From a virus, in the IMG/VR virus record IMGVR_UViG_3300047476_001426, positions 64,001 through 128,000 of that record: a DNA stretch of 64,000 nucleotides; one strand, given 5' to 3'. Shown piece by piece: positions 22,350 through 33,370 of this stretch (position 1 is the first letter of the stretch; each line of letters starts with the position of its first letter). Under the pieces are notes generated by a model, which saw only the letters and a list, made by a program, of their open reading frames with translations, had not been told where the DNA came from and made no database searches. The translations under genes were made by a program, and so were the position numbers.

Positions 22350-24404
22350 TTATCTAATACCTCTATCACCACCTGACGGGGTTAAACCATATCTACTTTT
22401 CATTCTATTGGCCCCCGTACCTATACCAAAATTATATTGTTGTAAACAGAATTGTAATTGTTGTCTTTCAGTTTTTGATGCTGTTGCAACACCTTGTTGT
22501 TGGTCTCTCTCATCGATAGTTTTAAATAAAGATTTACAAGACTCACGATTTAAAGTTGTTGTTTTTGTTGCACTAGCCACTTTAGCGGGTTCGGTCTGAG
22601 TTGGTTCAGTTGGTTTGGTTGGTTCAGCTGGTTTTGGTGGGGTTATTGTTGAACCTGTGGTCGTTGTGGTGCCTGTTGTAGGGGTTGGTGTACCACCCTT
22701 ACATTTAGTCATTATACCATTATAAGTAAGTTCGTCGATAACGTCCATACCAAATTTATTTCTCATTACAGATAAGGTCAATGGACCAAAGTTACCTGTT
22801 TGATATTTTGATTCCATACCTAAACATCTTTGTACGTCTTGGATTTTTGGGTTTTTACAACCAAATGTGAATGGGAATTTATCACAATATCTATATTTTT
22901 CAGGTTGTGGTACAGGTGGAACTGGTACAGGTGGAACTGGTACAGGGGGTTTATCACCATCCCATGTAATTGAAATACCTGATAAGTCAGCGGTACCACC
23001 ACCTTGTTCACCACCACCTTTACCTGATTCAATTTTTTTAATCATATCATACATGTCTTGTTTTGCTTCAACTGATGAAGCTTTAAATGTTGCGATATAA
23101 TCTAAAGTAGTTTTTAATGGATAATCCATTAATCCCGACCTATTATAAATTTCTAAAAATTTCTTACCTTGACCATTATTTACGTATTTCTGTAATAAAT
23201 TTTTTGCATTTTGTAAATCATCACCTGATACTGGAAAATCCAAATAATCAATCATTCTATCAACGTCATTTGCTAATTCAGATGGTGCTTCATTCATTTC
23301 CATTTCAGGAATTGGTTGAACCACATTATTTTTACATGTCCATGAACCTCTTTTTGTTTTGAAGTCAAGGGTCCATACTCTACCATTCATAAAGAATCCT
23401 AAACCACCTAAATTGTCATATTCGGGATTACCAGTTTTTTTAACAACTACGACAGGACCTCCACTACCACTTGTAGTTAATTGTCCCATACCTTTATCCA
23501 CTAAGTTTCTCAAACAATCCGCCATTCCGTCTGTTAGATTTGGGTCCACTACGTTTCCACCCTCGTCTTCAACGATAACATCACTACCATCAGAATCGGT
23601 AAAATATGAGTATAACATATAAGCACCACCAGCCAATAATGCCCATTGGATTAATTGTTTAGAAACACGGACTTTTTTAATACCGTTTTCAATAACAATT
23701 TTAGTGGTTTTTTTACCTTGGTCCATAATCTTTTTTAACCATTCATGATATTTTTTACCACCACCCACTATTAATTTTTGACCTTGTTCAATTTTCGCAA
23801 TTTCAGCTGCCGTTTTTTCAGCATCTTTAACTGTAGTGGTTGCCGCTTTACCAGCCTCGGCACCCGTTTTAACGGTTTTACTAGCATCCGCAACACCTTT
23901 ATTTAAAAGATTTGTTATTTCTGCGGTCTTTCTACCTGTGGCTTTAGAGGCTAATTCGGCAAATTCTTTACCGGTAATACCCATTTCCGTATAATATTTA
24001 GAAACCGCTTTAAGGGCTTCAGGATTACCTTTTTGGGCCAATGACAATGCTCTCTCAATATTTTTTGCAAAATTTCCTTTAACAATTGAATTGATAAATT
24101 TAATTCTATTTGAACCCTTTAATGAGGGAATAAATTCTTTCATTGCAACTTTTAATTCTTGTTGAGATGCTTTATTTATTAAAGCGATTGCCTCATCAAC
24201 AGATTTTGCGTTTTTTAAGAATTTTATGTTACGTAGTACACCTAAAGCTTCTTCTCCTGATTTGGTAAAGGCCATTAATAATTCCTTAAAACCTTGTTCT
24301 CTACCTTCTTCTAATGAGGTTTCCTCTTCGATGTTATCTTTTACTTCATAAGACTCAACAAGATTTATGAACTTTCTAATCAGTAATGTGTCTTTGTTTT
24401 CCAT
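22350..24404 (-). CDS. Large probable virion/ejection protein with TM helix, PG-binding-like segment and Pro/Thr linkers
   Basis: TM WALLAGGAYMLYSYF; IQDVQRCLG...GNFGPLT; PVPVPPVPVPPVP and TTGTTTTTGST stretches. Confidence 0.6.
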   Translation of the reverse strand: MENKDTLLIRKFINLVESYEVKDNIEEETSLEEGREQGFKELLMAFTKSGEEALGVLRNIKFLKNAKSVDEAIALINKASQQELKVAMKEFIPSLKGSNRIKFINSIVKGNFAKNIERALSLAQKGNPEALKAVSKYYTEMGITGKEFAELASKATGRKTAEITNLLNKGVADASKTVKTGAEAGKAATTTVKDAEKTAAEIAKIEQGQKLIVGGGKKYHEWLKKIMDQGKKTTKIVIENGIKKVRVSKQLIQWALLAGGAYMLYSYFTDSDGSDVIVEDEGGNVVDPNLTDGMADCLRNLVDKGMGQLTTSGSGGPVVVVKKTGNPEYDNLGGLGFFMNGRVWTLDFKTKRGSWTCKNNVVQPIPEMEMNEAPSELANDVDRMIDYLDFPVSGDDLQNAKNLLQKYVNNGQGKKFLEIYNRSGLMDYPLKTTLDYIATFKASSVEAKQDMYDMIKKIESGKGGGEQGGGTADLSGISITWDGDKPPVPVPPVPVPPVPQPEKYRYCDKFPFTFGCKNPKIQDVQRCLGMESKYQTGNFGPLTLSVMRNKFGMDVIDELTYNGIMTKCKGGTPTPTTGTTTTTGSTITPPKPAEPTKPTEPTQTEPAKVASATKTTTLNRESCKSLFKTIDERDQQQGVATASKTERQQLQFCLQQYNFGIGTGANRMKSRYGLTPSGGDRGIR
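22909..22946. repeat. 15-bp tandem repeat (2.5 copies) coding PVPPV
   Basis: ggtacaggtggaact x2 + ggtacagg. Confidence 0.8.
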
Positions 24405-24424
24405 TTTTTAATTTTTCTTATTTT

Positions 24425-25687
24425 TTATTTTGGTTGATTTTCATATTGTTTAATTATTTGGTCAACATCACCGTCTATTCTTGTAGACATTGCTGTACCT
24501 AATTGTTGGACATTTTCTCCTTCTTTTTTTCCCGCGTAGTAGTTACCTAATTTTTCCGCCCCACCGAATAAACCATAAGACCCAACTCCCCACTTAGCAC
24601 CTTTAAATGCCGCCCTTTCGAGCTCTGCAGCTGTTTTACCACCTTTAAATGCGGTTTTTAAAGGATTTACAATATCTGTTTTTACACCCTGTTTAGCGGT
24701 TTTAATGATTCCAGGTCCCTTTGTTGCGGTATTAAAAGTGTTTGTCAATGTTTCAACAATTTTATCTAATTTGCTTTTAGCTGTGTTTACCATTTGATTA
24801 ATTTTAGGTCCACCAAAAGTTTTTGTTAACCATTGAATTGGTTTCATTATCATGTTACCAATGAAACTAACACCTTTAGCCAATAATTGTATTAATTGTT
24901 TAATACCTGGTAGTTTTGCTAATTTTGCAATACTTCTACCCGTTGATTTAATTCCTGCTTTAAGTGCCTTAGCAGCACCACCTGTAGCGAGTAATCCAAG
25001 TAAACAAACGCCGATATCTAAATAACTCCAAATATCGTCTTTAAGTTTTCCTGTAGCTAACTGATATATTTTCCAAATACCAAGAGCACCCCATAAGATT
25101 GCCCCCGCGATTTTACCAACACCGATAGCACTTAACGCTACTTCAATACCGATGGTGACTGGATTTAATAAGAATCCTTCTAGTTGTTCGAAAAACCATG
25201 GTAAACCTTTATTTAAAACCCAACTAGCGGCATCCTTAACACTGTCCCAAACTTTACCCGCAACTGATTTAATTCCATCCCAAGTATCTCCAAGCCAACC
25301 TTCCACCAAATCATTTGGTGTTATTGGTAACATGTCTAACATTTTGGTTTTTACGAAATCCCAAGACTCTATTATTGTTTTATACGTAGATAAACTAAAA
25401 GTTTCTGAAGATTCATAGATTAAATTCATTCCATATCTAACTTCATACTCCGAAACTATACCTTTATCGTGGCTTATTAACGGGTAAATTAATTGTTTCA
25501 TCTTACGAAACAATTCATTATTTTCTATTAATTTGTGTTTGTAACTGTACGCGAATTGACTCTTAAACATTTCACAAATAAATGCCGGATGTGCAGAATC
25601 TAAAGTAAACTTTAGACCCGTTTCTAAATCCACAACCATATTTTCTAGTTGTAGGTATCTTTTATCTTTACTTACATCAAAAACCAT
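24425..25687 (-). CDS. Probable virion protein with hydrophobic helical hairpins
   Basis: Two long G/A-rich hydrophobic segments, basic C-terminal half; TATTTATA upstream. Confidence 0.6.
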   Translation of the reverse strand: MVFDVSKDKRYLQLENMVVDLETGLKFTLDSAHPAFICEMFKSQFAYSYKHKLIENNELFRKMKQLIYPLISHDKGIVSEYEVRYGMNLIYESSETFSLSTYKTIIESWDFVKTKMLDMLPITPNDLVEGWLGDTWDGIKSVAGKVWDSVKDAASWVLNKGLPWFFEQLEGFLLNPVTIGIEVALSAIGVGKIAGAILWGALGIWKIYQLATGKLKDDIWSYLDIGVCLLGLLATGGAAKALKAGIKSTGRSIAKLAKLPGIKQLIQLLAKGVSFIGNMIMKPIQWLTKTFGGPKINQMVNTAKSKLDKIVETLTNTFNTATKGPGIIKTAKQGVKTDIVNPLKTAFKGGKTAAELERAAFKGAKWGVGSYGLFGGAEKLGNYYAGKKEGENVQQLGTAMSTRIDGDVDQIIKQYENQPK

Positions 25688-25728
25688 TTATTTTGAACTT
25701 TATAATATAAATATCACAGATATTTGAT

Positions 25729-25983
25729 TTATTTAAGTGGATTACCTTTACTTCTTTTCAAAAGTGAACCAACAACATCTGACCATTTGGTCACACCAAC
25801 TTGATTACCTGGCCCTCTTGTCACACCACTTTCCCATTTACCCACTTCAGGATATCCTTGTTTACTACCTGAACTACCAACACCACTTGTTGGTTGTGCT
25901 GCAGATGGGTCGTCACCTTGTTCATCCAATTGATTATCCCCAAATATTAATTTGTATTGTTTTTCAGAAATTATGATTTTCAT
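25729..25983 (-). CDS. Small protein with MKIIISEKQ N-terminal motif
   Basis: Likely start at 25983. Confidence 0.75.
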   Translation of the reverse strand: MKIIISEKQYKLIFGDNQLDEQGDDPSAAQPTSGVGSSGSKQGYPEVGKWESGVTRGPGNQVGVTKWSDVVGSLLKRSKGNPLK

Positions 25984-25984
25984 T

Positions 25985-26353
25985 TTATTCGTCGTATATG
26001 GTGTTGTCCTTTTTTGAGAACATTTTAATGAATTGTCCAGCTTTAGAGTTTGCTTCATCTTCAATTTCACCTCCAATATCGGGTGGTTGTACTTTCAATC
26101 TACCCTGTTCATATTGTTTATGGTGTACCATTTCGTGTGCTATACTTCTTAAAATATCCACAAGGGCTCTGTTTTTAACGTTGATACGAACCACTTGAGG
26201 TTCTTTAGAGTGATTATAACTTGCGGTAGTTTTTAATTTACCTCTTCCATTTTGTAGGACGATAACGGGACATTTTTCTAAGTCAAGTTCTTCTTTAACG
26301 AATTTGACAAAGTCCGAAATTTTTTCTTTTTTATTATCACCTAAAAAATCCAT
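25985..26353 (-). CDS. HExxH zinc-metallopeptidase-like protein
   Basis: RSIAHEMVHHKQ...EDEAN. Confidence 0.75.
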   Translation of the reverse strand: MDFLGDNKKEKISDFVKFVKEELDLEKCPVIVLQNGRGKLKTTASYNHSKEPQVVRINVKNRALVDILRSIAHEMVHHKQYEQGRLKVQPPDIGGEIEDEANSKAGQFIKMFSKKDNTIYDE

Positions 26354-26431
26354 ACTTATAAATATTCTCTTCTCTTTAATTTATCCTATACTATATATAC
26401 AAATAACTTATTAATTGATATAATTACTGGT

Positions 26432-26761
26432 ATGATGGATTGGTATACTATAGAATATTTGTACCCGAGAGCACTGGATGTCTTCGCAAAAATGATGTTC
26501 CCAAATGTGGGTTTACCGTGTTTATCCATATTGCATTACTATGATATTAAAAAATTATACAAATTTTTTGATAAAAACGGTATCTATTTGACTGTTGAAA
26601 TGATGACTAAAAACAACTGGGTTTACAGTGTTTCATTAAATGAGGGTAAAATATTTTACCCGTGCCAAGATTCCCAAACAAATAGAGAATCAATAGAAGA
26701 ACAAGGATTTATGGAGTGTTTTAGGTTGTTAGAAATGAAACTAAAACCTGATGAGGATTAA
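26432..26761 (+). CDS. Hypothetical protein
   Basis: 109 aa ORF. Confidence 0.7.
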   Translation: MMDWYTIEYLYPRALDVFAKMMFPNVGLPCLSILHYYDIKKLYKFFDKNGIYLTVEMMTKNNWVYSVSLNEGKIFYPCQDSQTNRESIEEQGFMECFRLLEMKLKPDED

Positions 26762-26982
26762 ATTTTATTTTTAACTTTTCGTGAAAATAAAATATAGGAT
26801 AACCAAAAACATCCTGAAATGCAGTAAAAAATTATATCTGCAACCCAATACGAACCAGTGACCTCCATCAATAACTTGAATAAAGCGTCGTACCCGAATG
26901 GGAGAAAAAACATCGCTAGCATTAGTGATGTATCTCGATAAAGGGTCAATCTCGTCTCCTTGTGTCTCAGTTTTCGTATCAC
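26758..26982 (-). CDS. Small two-TM membrane protein
   Basis: MLAMFFLPFGYDALFKLL...IIFYCISGCFWLSYILF; start uncertain. Confidence 0.55.
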   Translation of the reverse strand: MIRKLRHKETRLTLYRDTSLMLAMFFLPFGYDALFKLLMEVTGSYWVADIIFYCISGCFWLSYILFSRKVKNKI

Positions 26983-27048
26983 TATCGGGGTCCATAAGGG
27001 TGTATTAAAATACTTATGACTTAAAGTCTGTTTTTATTAAATATTAGA

Positions 27049-27969
27049 TTACTCTAACATTTTTTTAATTCCGTCCCTCAAAATTACAAAATTATTGTAA
27101 TTTGTACAGTTTTTTAATTCAGTTAAATCGGGTTTTCTCCACTTTGTATCGTTTTTCCACGCCTCCTTATATGAAACATTAAATTCAACACCCATGATTT
27201 CATGAATAATTTTGGATAGTTCTCCAATTGTTATTTCTTCATCAAAACCGATATTTAAAATTTTATTGTTGGTGTTTTCAATTAATTGTGTCATGATTTC
27301 AGCGTGGTCACTTACATAACAAAAAGAACGAGTTTGTTTACCATCCCCAAACAAATAAAAAGGTTCACCTGATTTAATTCTTTCGATAAATTCGGGTATT
27401 ACTTGACCATAACCATTTGTTGCCATTCTTGGGCCATATGTGTTAAATGGACGGACAATTAAATAATCTTTATCGTTTTCCTTAGCCCATAATCTAACCA
27501 AATATTCGCCTATGGCTTTAGATGATGCGTAAGAATCTCTATCGGCCATAGAATCTAAAATAATATATTCACTCTCTTTAGTTGGTACCTTGGGTTCTGG
27601 TCCATATACTTCTGAAGATGATGCATATACCACTTTTTTAACAGAACTACCACAAGAACTTAGTATATTCTGAGTTAAAACGATATTGTCATTACAAACT
27701 TTATATGGAATATCGTAAAAATATTTTGTACCATTTATTGCGGCATAATGAACAACAATCTCGGGATACTCAATATCCATAATAATTTTTGTCTGACTTA
27801 AATTCCTTAAATCTAATTCATAAAATCTAAAATTTTCGTGGATTGGTATATTAGACTTCTTACCTCTAAAAAAATTATCGACACCAACAACTTGATGTCC
27901 ATTGGAAAGAAGTGAATCACATAAATGAGAACCTAAAAAACCTGCAGCCCCTGTTACTAATATTTTCAC
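27049..27969 (-). CDS. NAD-dependent epimerase/dehydratase (UDP-glucuronate decarboxylase-like)
   Basis: GAAGFLG, SSSEVYG, YASSK, RPFNTYGP. Confidence 0.9.
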   Translation of the reverse strand: MKILVTGAAGFLGSHLCDSLLSNGHQVVGVDNFFRGKKSNIPIHENFRFYELDLRNLSQTKIIMDIEYPEIVVHYAAINGTKYFYDIPYKVCNDNIVLTQNILSSCGSSVKKVVYASSSEVYGPEPKVPTKESEYIILDSMADRDSYASSKAIGEYLVRLWAKENDKDYLIVRPFNTYGPRMATNGYGQVIPEFIERIKSGEPFYLFGDGKQTRSFCYVSDHAEIMTQLIENTNNKILNIGFDEEITIGELSKIIHEIMGVEFNVSYKEAWKNDTKWRKPDLTELKNCTNYNNFVILRDGIKKMLE

Positions 27970-27970
27970 T

Positions 27971-28768
27971 TTACTTTCTCATCCCTTTTGGGACTTTTTT
28001 TATGAATTTATCATTTTCTTTATCTATGAATTTGAAAATTTCTACATCGATATTGTACTTATCACACAAAACCTTCATTGCCTTTGTGTCTTTAGGTAAA
28101 CATACACCAGCATATCCACCAAATTCGTCATTAACATTCAAATAATGACTTTCTCCAACACCATGAAATAAAAACGCATCTTTTATTGCTCCGTAATTTG
28201 CACCAAAGTGTTGACACACTCGGTGAAATGAATTTGCAAATGTTATTTTAGTTGCTTTATAGGTGTTTGAGAAATATTTCATTAACTCGGCTTCAACAGT
28301 TTTCATTTTGACTCTATGTACAGGAAGAGTACCATGACTTTCAACTATTAAATCATAATCCGAGTCATTATCTACACCAACAACAAGAATATTATTGTTA
28401 AAAACAAAATCATTGAATGCACAACGTTCTTTCAAAAACTCAGGTACAAATGCAAACCTCAAATTTGAATATTGTAGTTTTAGTTTATCCGTGGTTCCCG
28501 GTTCTACCGTGCTTTTAATTGCAATTAATCCTGTGTAGTTTAAATCATTCAATTGACCAACAACACTATTCACTGCTGTCAAATCACATTCCTCATTTAA
28601 ACCGATTAATGTGCTCACTGTTAAATAAGTGATTTCACAACCTAAAACATCTTCTATTTTTGTCTCAGGCATTTTTATATCATATGCAGATACTTCATGT
28701 CCTATGTATTCAAAACCATCTTTGATGGCTTGACCTACAACACCGATACCTATGACTCCAATTTTCAT
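27971..28768 (-). CDS. UDP-glucose/GDP-mannose dehydrogenase family (no C-terminal domain)
   Basis: GIGVVG, KSTVEPG, PEFLKE, GYAGVCLPKD. Confidence 0.85.
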   Translation of the reverse strand: MKIGVIGIGVVGQAIKDGFEYIGHEVSAYDIKMPETKIEDVLGCEITYLTVSTLIGLNEECDLTAVNSVVGQLNDLNYTGLIAIKSTVEPGTTDKLKLQYSNLRFAFVPEFLKERCAFNDFVFNNNILVVGVDNDSDYDLIVESHGTLPVHRVKMKTVEAELMKYFSNTYKATKITFANSFHRVCQHFGANYGAIKDAFLFHGVGESHYLNVNDEFGGYAGVCLPKDTKAMKVLCDKYNIDVEIFKFIDKENDKFIKKVPKGMRK

Positions 28769-28772
28769 AAAA

Positions 28773-30464
28773 TTAATTTTCTCTTCTTTCGTTGGGTTGA
28801 TAGTGTTTAATTCTATCGTGCCAAATCGGAGATGCTAATAACACCGCCGGTTTTAGTTTATTTTCTTTTGTTAATTGATACATATACGACATCCAAGTTT
28901 GTTCATACGGATGTGCCCATGTGGTTTCAATAAACATTTTATAATTACCTTCTTTGCTAACAATCATTGGCCAGTTTGCGTAATAGATTTCACCATCTAT
29001 ATACGATAAACCATCCATACTTCTAATATTCTTAAACTCTGTTAATGGTACATTAGGGTCCAAACCTGTTACGGGTAATTTGTCATAATGTGGCCAATCT
29101 CTTGTTCTAATATGTTGAGGTACGTTGTACCAAGAACATTGTTTATCATTATCAAAATACACCTCAGTGAAGGATAATTTTAAGAAATCAAATTGTTCCT
29201 TCAACATTATTCTGTGAACCAAATTATATAGATTTGGGATGTATTTTCTAAAACCATTTCTACAGAATTGACCTTCAATTTCAGGAGGATTAACCGTCAT
29301 ATCATCTTCAAAGAAGAACATAAAATCGGCATCAGAATTATGAAAATGTTCTGCGGCTGCTTGTCTACCACCACAAATTCCGGTGTTACCACCTAAACTA
29401 ATGTACTCAAATTTATAATGCTCCGCAATCTCTCTATTATTGTCTCGAGCTTCTTCGGTTGTTGAATTATCAAGTAAAACCAAATGAGGTCTATTCAACC
29501 AATCAGGTGTCTTTTCCATTGACGCAATGGTGTGTAGAACCTGTTCAGCGAAATTAAATGTTAAGACATATAGGTTTGTTTTAACCTTTTCAACATCCCT
29601 ATCTGTGTACTTAATAAATTTTTGGGATTCAGTTATTTTAGGTGCAACAATATCTACTTTTTCATCAATAACCGCTTGAGTGAATTTAACAATCAAACCA
29701 TTACCATCCAACTCAAACCTTTTATACAAATGAGGTTCATTATATGACATCAAAGTGAAGATACTTTCCTCTGTACCCATGTAACCAGTATTCAATGTAT
29801 TAGTCAACATTGAATAATATGTTGCATTTGCTTCGTGTATTTGTTGTTTGTGTCCACCGAATAAACCACCTCGACAAACGTATTCTACGTTCGCACGTGC
29901 AATCTTATTCATCTCACTAAAAGTAAATCCGTGGATTTCAGTTTCGGCTTGATATGGGTAACTTAAAAACAAGAAAGGATTACCATATTGTGGTAACTTA
30001 TCTAAAATGTTATTTTCAGTTATATGGGTATGTGGAACAGTATTTGTTATTCCCGCATCCAACCAAAAGAAATACTCAGTGTCAAACGGATTCCAAATGG
30101 ATGCGTCGTTTAACATGAACATTTTTGATTGTACAATTGGATTATAATACTCCAATACCGCTTGGGGTGAACCCGATAACCAACCAGCTTGATTTAACCA
30201 ATCAGGGTTTGTTCTAATTTGTTGTGTTTTATCCCAAAAAGGACTATATAAATTCTTAACGTCCTCAAGTTCTGTTATCCTAACATAGGTGTTTTCTCTT
30301 GTCCTTTTTTCCCAAACCAAATATTCATATTCCGCGGGAATGTAAATAAATAAGTTTTGAGGAATATCCAAGAACATTTTAAAGTGTTCTATATAGTGAG
30401 AGAAATCCCTACCGGGTCTACCTATATTCCACAATCCTGTTACTATGGTTAAATTATTGTTCAT
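28773..30464 (-). CDS. HtrL/WlaTC-like glycosyltransferase fused to a GT2-like domain
   Basis: TIVTGLWNIGR...FFWLDAG...CRGGLFGG; second domain with FFEDD. Confidence 0.7.
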   Translation of the reverse strand: MNNNLTIVTGLWNIGRPGRDFSHYIEHFKMFLDIPQNLFIYIPAEYEYLVWEKRTRENTYVRITELEDVKNLYSPFWDKTQQIRTNPDWLNQAGWLSGSPQAVLEYYNPIVQSKMFMLNDASIWNPFDTEYFFWLDAGITNTVPHTHITENNILDKLPQYGNPFLFLSYPYQAETEIHGFTFSEMNKIARANVEYVCRGGLFGGHKQQIHEANATYYSMLTNTLNTGYMGTEESIFTLMSYNEPHLYKRFELDGNGLIVKFTQAVIDEKVDIVAPKITESQKFIKYTDRDVEKVKTNLYVLTFNFAEQVLHTIASMEKTPDWLNRPHLVLLDNSTTEEARDNNREIAEHYKFEYISLGGNTGICGGRQAAAEHFHNSDADFMFFFEDDMTVNPPEIEGQFCRNGFRKYIPNLYNLVHRIMLKEQFDFLKLSFTEVYFDNDKQCSWYNVPQHIRTRDWPHYDKLPVTGLDPNVPLTEFKNIRSMDGLSYIDGEIYYANWPMIVSKEGNYKMFIETTWAHPYEQTWMSYMYQLTKENKLKPAVLLASPIWHDRIKHYQPNERREN

Positions 30465-31239
30465 CTTTATTTTTTAATTTCTCATATACTTTGTTTATAC
30501 CTCTTTCTAAACCAACATATTCAATACCCAAATCAACAAACTGACCTTTATATGGTGTCGAATTTTCACCATCAATCACAATGGGTAATGAATAACTACT
30601 TAGATTATTTATCATCTCAGCAATCTCAATTGTTTTATATGTTTTATCATATGTGCATTCATATGTCTTTGGTAATTTATTACTATCACTAAAAATATAA
30701 TGTTTTACTAACGTTGTAAAGTCTTCCGAATAAAAAAAATCCATTTCTTTATTATCGAAAACTTTTAAAGGTTCTTTTTTGATGTATCTCAGAATGTTTG
30801 ATTTTATAAATCGAGTCTCCATTTCGTTTTCATCAAATACCGCAAATATTCTAATGTCAAAGAAATTTTCTTTTTCTTTTATAGAATTATGAATAACTTT
30901 TTTACTTAAACCATATGGTGAATCAGATTTATATATTTCCGCACCTGAACCAAAATGAATAAATCGACCATACTTATTTTGACAATTTAATAAATTATAA
31001 TACATTTTTAAATTGTCGTCCATCACCGTAAAATCATCCATTTTTAATCTACTACCACCCACAACAGCACAATGAATAACAACATCAAAATATCTATTTG
31101 AGAAAAATTTTAACGTTTCAAACGAATCAGTTAAATCAAAATCCTTTCTTGAAATTTTGGTGATTTCCAAAGAATTTTTAAAATTTTCAAAAATAATTTT
31201 TGAAATATATCCTTCTCCACCTGTTAATAAAATTTTCAT
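30454..31239 (-). CDS. NAD-dependent epimerase/reductase
   Basis: TGGEGYI, GSGAE, YGLSK. Confidence 0.85.
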   Translation of the reverse strand: MKILLTGGEGYISKIIFENFKNSLEITKISRKDFDLTDSFETLKFFSNRYFDVVIHCAVVGGSRLKMDDFTVMDDNLKMYYNLLNCQNKYGRFIHFGSGAEIYKSDSPYGLSKKVIHNSIKEKENFFDIRIFAVFDENEMETRFIKSNILRYIKKEPLKVFDNKEMDFFYSEDFTTLVKHYIFSDSNKLPKTYECTYDKTYKTIEIAEMINNLSSYSLPIVIDGENSTPYKGQFVDLGIEYVGLERGINKVYEKLKNKDEQ

Positions 31240-32999
31240 TCCATTATTTGTTTCATTTGTTCTTCTGACAAATACGGATACATATTTTCTAAAGAATTGG
31301 ATATTATTTTTCCGTCTTCAGTTTTGGAACTTTGGACTCTTGGTATCAATAATTGATTCTCATTCATCATAATTTCACAAATAATTGGTCCGTCGTAATT
31401 CAAAACTTTATCAATACTATTTGAAAGTTCTATTTCATCCTTAAACCGAATAGATTTAATACCATACGCATCTGAAACTTTTAAAAAATCTGGTGAACTA
31501 ACTCCTGATTCCTTATTTGACCCAACATAATTACCATTAAACAAATTTTCTTGCATTAATGAGATGGCTAAATACCCATTATTATTTAAAATGAATATTT
31601 TGATTGGAATTTTATAATGGACAATTGTTTGTAGTTCTTGAATGTTCATTTGAAATCCACCATCACCCGCAATTAAAATCACATTTTTTGTTTTATCACC
31701 GTAATAAGCACCGATTGAGCCAGGTAATCCAAAACCCATAGAACAACACGCACTTGATGTGAATAATCTATTTTTACCATTCGTTTTTAATGATTGCATC
31801 GTACAAGTGTAACTCGTACCCATATCGGTCACTACGACATCATTATCTTTTAATTTTTTGGATAATATTTCCATAAAAGTAAAAGAATTAATTTTATCTT
31901 TAATTTTTACGTGAGGTTCTTTAAAAACTGGATAATCCCTTTTCCAATCCAGTGTTTTTTTAATCCATGAATCAAATTTTGGAATTTCTTTATATGATAA
32001 TTTTATTAAAAAATCATCAATAAAAGATTTTAAATCGGTAACAATTTTATGTTCGATTTTTATTGTATGTTTATTCATTTCATTTTCGTCAATATCAACC
32101 ATTATTTTAATTGATTTTGGTGAAAACTTGTTAGTTTGATATCCTGTGTTGGGGATGGATAATCTACTACCCAAAATTATTAACAAGTCAGAATTTTGTA
32201 TAGCAAAATTAGCGGACCTCTCACCCAATAGACCAAAATTACCAACGTATAAATCATCATAACTATCAAATAAATCTTTAGATGTCCAAGTTGAAACTAT
32301 TGGTATTTTAATTTTGTTTTTTAACTTGTGAAAAATATCTTCGCTACGAGAAAGGTGTATACCATTACCTGTAACGATTAAAGGTTTTTTCGAATTAATT
32401 AATAATCTATAAATCTCATCAAAATCATAGTTTAATATTTTTTCTACCTTTTCTTCTACAATATTTTCTACATCAATGTCCATACTTTGTATGTCCAATG
32501 GAACATCAATCCACACAGGACCCATTCTACCTGAAGTTGCTTCCATGTATGCTCTATTTAGGTGATACTCCACTAAATTTTTATCGGTTATTTGAACAGA
32601 GTATTTTGTAATAGATGACACCATTTTTATGATGTCACATTCTTGTACCCCTAATTGTCTTAAGTTTTTGTCCTCTAAACTATTAAGAGATTGATTAGTT
32701 GGTACTTGACCTGAAATAACGACCATTGGGATAGAGTCTTGATACGCTCCTAAAACACCGGTTATTGTATTAGTAGAACCCGGTCCGTTTGTTACTAAAA
32801 CACATGCGGGTTTATTTGTAATTCTTGAATATCCTTCAGCAGACATTGCGGACGATTGTTCATGGTAATTGCAAATGTGTGTGAATCCAAATTTGGATGA
32901 TGAATTTAATAAATGAGCAGCGGCACCGCCCGAAACTGAAAATATGGTATCAACACCTTTATTTTTTAAAAAATTAAATATAAAATCAGAAACTTTCAT
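31236..32999 (-). CDS. TPP-dependent enzyme, acetolactate-synthase-like (YerE-like context)
   Basis: HEQSSA, TNGPGSTN, GDGGFQMNIQEL...NNNGY. Confidence 0.9.
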   Translation of the reverse strand: MKVSDFIFNFLKNKGVDTIFSVSGGAAAHLLNSSSKFGFTHICNYHEQSSAMSAEGYSRITNKPACVLVTNGPGSTNTITGVLGAYQDSIPMVVISGQVPTNQSLNSLEDKNLRQLGVQECDIIKMVSSITKYSVQITDKNLVEYHLNRAYMEATSGRMGPVWIDVPLDIQSMDIDVENIVEEKVEKILNYDFDEIYRLLINSKKPLIVTGNGIHLSRSEDIFHKLKNKIKIPIVSTWTSKDLFDSYDDLYVGNFGLLGERSANFAIQNSDLLIILGSRLSIPNTGYQTNKFSPKSIKIMVDIDENEMNKHTIKIEHKIVTDLKSFIDDFLIKLSYKEIPKFDSWIKKTLDWKRDYPVFKEPHVKIKDKINSFTFMEILSKKLKDNDVVVTDMGTSYTCTMQSLKTNGKNRLFTSSACCSMGFGLPGSIGAYYGDKTKNVILIAGDGGFQMNIQELQTIVHYKIPIKIFILNNNGYLAISLMQENLFNGNYVGSNKESGVSSPDFLKVSDAYGIKSIRFKDEIELSNSIDKVLNYDGPIICEIMMNENQLLIPRVQSSKTEDGKIISNSLENMYPYLSEEQMKQIME

Positions 33000-33369
33000 C
33001 TATAAATTTTATTGTATCACCCCAATTCTCAAATCTAAAACCATTATCGTCAACATATAAGAAAGCCCTCGGTTTTTCTGATGTGATTTCATGAACACAT
33101 TCTAAAATGCCGTATTTATCTAACCATTCGGAAACCAATTCTTTTCCTGTTTTACCATTAACCAATGGTCTATCACTTTTTGCCTTTGCGGTGAAAATTA
33201 TTATTTTATATTTTTTTGATAATTTTTTTATTGATTCTATTGAACCTTCAATCGGTTCACCGTAACAAGTACCATCATGGTAACCCTTATCAAAATTGTG
33301 AATCACACCATCAAAGTCTATTGCAATATTATTTTTATCGTTTTGAAAATTTGGGGGAAAACTATTCAT
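32986..33369 (-). CDS. Small HAD-like phosphatase
   Basis: IDFDGVI, IFTAK, LYVDD. Confidence 0.8.
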   Translation of the reverse strand: MNSFPPNFQNDKNNIAIDFDGVIHNFDKGYHDGTCYGEPIEGSIESIKKLSKKYKIIIFTAKAKSDRPLVNGKTGKELVSEWLDKYGILECVHEITSEKPRAFLYVDDNGFRFENWGDTIKFIDESF

Positions 33370-33370
33370 T

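Noticed and set aside
27971-28768. Pseudogene status of the short UDP-glucose dehydrogenase
   Set aside because: Clean start and stop, catalytic GYAGVCLPKD intact, tight coupling to neighbours, and no frameshifted remainder downstream
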